DNA from: Octopus sinensis
Taxonomy: Eukaryota
Reading direction: 5' to 3'
Assembly (NCBI RefSeq): GCF_006345805.1
Contig: NW_021836620.1
Location: forward strand, 1-23,432
Length of the DNA: 23,432 bases
Of the stretch, positions 20,774 through 23,432 are shown one piece after another (within the stretch, counting starts at the first letter, position 1; each line of letters starts with the position of its first letter). Made by a program: the position numbers and the translations under genes. The notes beneath the pieces were generated by a model. It saw nothing but the letters and a program-made list of their open reading frames with translations. It was not told the DNA's origin and ran no database searches.

Positions 20774-21124
20774 ATAATGTAAAGTATAGAAGCCACATTC
20801 TGAGATTTAATAATGCTTACAGTCAGTTTTTCGAAATCAGTGGCAGACGTTACTAGAAAAACTCTTATATATTTGCAAAGCAGCCTTGTCTTTCATCGCG
20901 ACCTGGTGGTTACCGCCCGTTGATAAGAGACAATAATCTCGAAACTAGTCCGTGCGTATCACTCAGGCTTGCAAGAAAGGGATGGCCTCCCTTTGCAAAT
21001 ACTTCAAGGGCACTGAAATGGTGTCTAAAGCCAGCTGGAGACGACGATCTCTTGGGGCTATAAAGCTACAGTAACACCCCTCCCTTTTGTGGTTAGCCAT
21101 AATAAGATGGCTTCTATACTTTAC

Positions 21125-21129
<5 letters not shown>
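20774..21129 (+). mobile_element. 356-bp element bounded by perfect 22-bp inverted repeats and containing a hammerhead motif (Penelope/retrozyme-like or MITE)
   Basis: ATAATGTAAAGTATAGAAGCCA (20774-20795) and TGGCTTCTATACTTTACATTAT (21108-21129) are exact reverse complements. Confidence 0.7.
20914..20956 (+). ncRNA. Minimal type I hammerhead ribozyme motif with a U3-A8 variant core and a GUC cleavage site after 20950
   Basis: CGCCCG-UUGAUAA-GAGA-caauaa-UCUC-GAAA-C-ua-G-U-C-CGUGCG: stem I pairs 5 of 6, stem II pairs 4 of 4, and stem III is the palindrome ACUAGU. Confidence 0.7.
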
Positions 21130-21167
<38 letters not shown>

Positions 21168-21170
<3 letters not shown>

Positions 21171-21423
21171 TCTCAATAATTCCGGACATTCCACGAATGC
21201 GTGCAAAACGATTTTCCTATCCTGCTCGCACCTTGGACATGTCGGTGAGTCGGCACTTCCGTGCCTTGACAGTTTATCACGAACTAGTAGCGCCGCACGG
21301 AAGCACTGCCAAGCCAGGGATTTCTGGTAATTATCCAGGTACCCCGGCCCGAACGTTCTTCTGAGCAGGTTGATCGACTGACTTTCATCGTAGCCCAGGG
21401 TCTCCCCCAAGGCGTCTTCGTAG
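21168..21423 (-). pseudogene. L1/Tx1-clade LINE ORF2 fragment, zf-RVT zinc-binding region
   Basis: SLAWQCFRAALLVRDKLSRHGSADSPTCPRCEQDRKIVLHAFVECP has the W...L...D.L....C..C.......H....C pattern of zf-RVT. Confidence 0.82.
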
Positions 21424-21458
21424 GCAAGCTACTTACCACACAGCCACTCCTACACCTA
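21424..21458 (-). mobile_element. SINE family 2, 5' head fragment
   Basis: GCAAGCTACTTACCACACAGCCACTCCTACACCTA matches 16059-16091. Confidence 0.8.
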
Positions 21459-21549
21459 TGTATAAATTTTATTGACTCATAACATTAAATATGGTTACCT
21501 CCACCACTTCAGTATGTATTTGTCTCTCTAACTGTCAATTTGTTTCTCT

Positions 21550-21590
<41 letters not shown>

Positions 21591-21689
21591 TTCCTCTCTC
21601 TCTCCTATATATAATGTTGATAAACATACGTGTATAAATACGTGTGTGCGCACGCGTTCGTCGTTCTTTAACAAAAGACGATATCAAGT

Positions 21690-21885
21690 TGATGCTGGTG
21701 ATGATGATGGTGGTGATGATGGTAGTGATGGTGGTGGTGGTGATGGTGATGGTGGTGATGGTGATGGTGGTGATGGTGGTGATGATGGTGATGGTGATGG
21801 TAATGATGATGATGATGATGATGATGGTGATGGTGGTGGTATGGTGATGATGATGATGGTGATGTTTTATGATGATGATGAGGAG
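21690..21885. repeat. (GAT/GGT)n trinucleotide array
   Basis: Tandem units visible directly. Confidence 0.95.
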
Positions 21886-22589
21886 GAGGGGGAGGGGGAG
21901 CAGGAGGGGCGGACGTTTAGATCCAGACTCTGGCCGAGGGGAACTATAGTCATCGTCGTTGCAATGTGTTTATATCATCTAATTTTTTTGACATAGTGTA
22001 TCTAAGAATATATTGCTCAATGTGTCCTTCATGAATTTTTAAACAGCGTTTGATCACAGGAGTTATTTAGATGCTATTTCTCACAGCTCAGTCAAGTAAT
22101 ATCCTTTTATGTGATCGCTCGATATGCTAGAAATAGCAGCTTATTCTCTTTCAAATCACGACGTGTCGTCTTACAAAATGTCCGTAGTCAACAAACAAGA
22201 TGCTTATTGTTTCCTTGTGCCTAGCGATAGTCATACGCCTGCTTATTCGCGACAACCTGTGGTTAAACAACAACAACAACAAAAATCCCATGCCCGACAT
22301 TTAGAGAGCAAAAAAAAAACTGATAACGATGACGAAGATGGTGGCGATGATACTAGAAAATGTGAATGTTTTCGGTGCGATTGGTGGTTTAGCTCGTGGT
22401 GCGTTTGGGTGGGGACAAATTAAGAATTTAGTGTTGGTGTAGGATTGGCAGGTGTAACAAACGTGTCAGTGTGTAAAAGGAGCGAGGCTGTTGATTGGCT
22501 GTTATCAGGTCGACATTATTATAATGAGAGAGAAATGAGTTGAGATAAAGAGCAAGCAAGGTATACCGTGCGAGAGAGTAACAGAATGG

Positions 22590-23283
22590 ATATACATACA
22601 TACATACATACATACATACATACATACATACATAATGCATGCATACATGCATGCATGCATACATACATACATGCATGCATGCATGCATACATACATACAT
22701 GCATACATACATACATACATACATACATGCATACATACATACATACATACATACATAATGCATGCATACATACATACATGCATGCATACATACCTACATA
22801 CATACATACATACATACATACATACATGCATACATACATATATAATGCATGCATACATACATACATACACACATACATACATACATGCATGCATGCATGC
22901 ATACATACATACACACATACATACAAAGATGCATACATACATACATACATGCATGCATACATATATTCATACATACATACATACATAGACACACACATAC
23001 ACGCACACACATACACACGCACACACACACATATATATATATATATATAATATGTATGTGTGTTTTTGTGTGTGAATGTGTATGTATATATATATACACA
23101 CATATGTATACATGCATAAGTGTGCATGTATATATGTATAGACATATATGCATAAGTATGTATGTGTATATATGCATATGCGCATAAGAATGTATGTATG
23201 TATGTAGTATGTATGCATGTATGTATGTATGTATGTATGTATGTATGTATGTATGTATGTATGTATGTATGTATGTATATATA
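22590..23283. repeat. (CATA/CATG)n array, a mixed (CA)/(TA)/(TG) spacer, then a (TATG)n array
   Basis: Tandem units visible directly. These arrays explain all the MYVC/HTYI ORFs. Confidence 0.95.
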
Positions 23284-23432
23284 CATATTCTGACAGAATA
23301 ATGCAGACAGGCACAGAGTGAGATAAAACGAAAGAGAGAGAATCAAACAAACCCACTGACAGATAGTGAAATATATTAATATATTATGAGATCAGGAGAG
23401 AGCGAAAGGAAGAGAGAGAGTGAGAGAAACAA

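Noticed and set aside
22428-23356. Many MYVC/HTYI ORFs up to 275 aa
   Set aside because: Translations of (CATA)n and (TATG)n arrays.

Overview
Repeat-saturated eukaryotic non-coding DNA (intron or intergenic). The SINE families and microsatellite load look like an octopus/coleoid cephalopod genome; this is inferred from recognition, not from a search. No host protein-coding exon is confidently supported, and almost all ORFs in the track are microsatellite read-throughs. The window holds about 17 full or partial tRNA-derived SINE copies, many with clean target-site duplications (TSDs). It also holds three LINE ORF2 remnants (CR1-group, RTE/BovB-like, L1/Tx1 zf-RVT), a decayed Helitron helicase, a complete non-autonomous Helitron, Tc1/mariner-type miniatures, Penelope-like fragments, and several long inverted repeats. 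The most interesting signals are four. (1) Two minimal type I hammerhead ribozyme motifs, one with a compensatory U3-A8 core and a GUC cleavage site, inside a 356-bp element with inverted ends. (2) All four combinations of two SINE heads and two SINE tails. (3) A SINE 3' tail that shares its architecture with the neighbouring CR1 LINE 3' end. (4) A 522-bp foldback palindrome.
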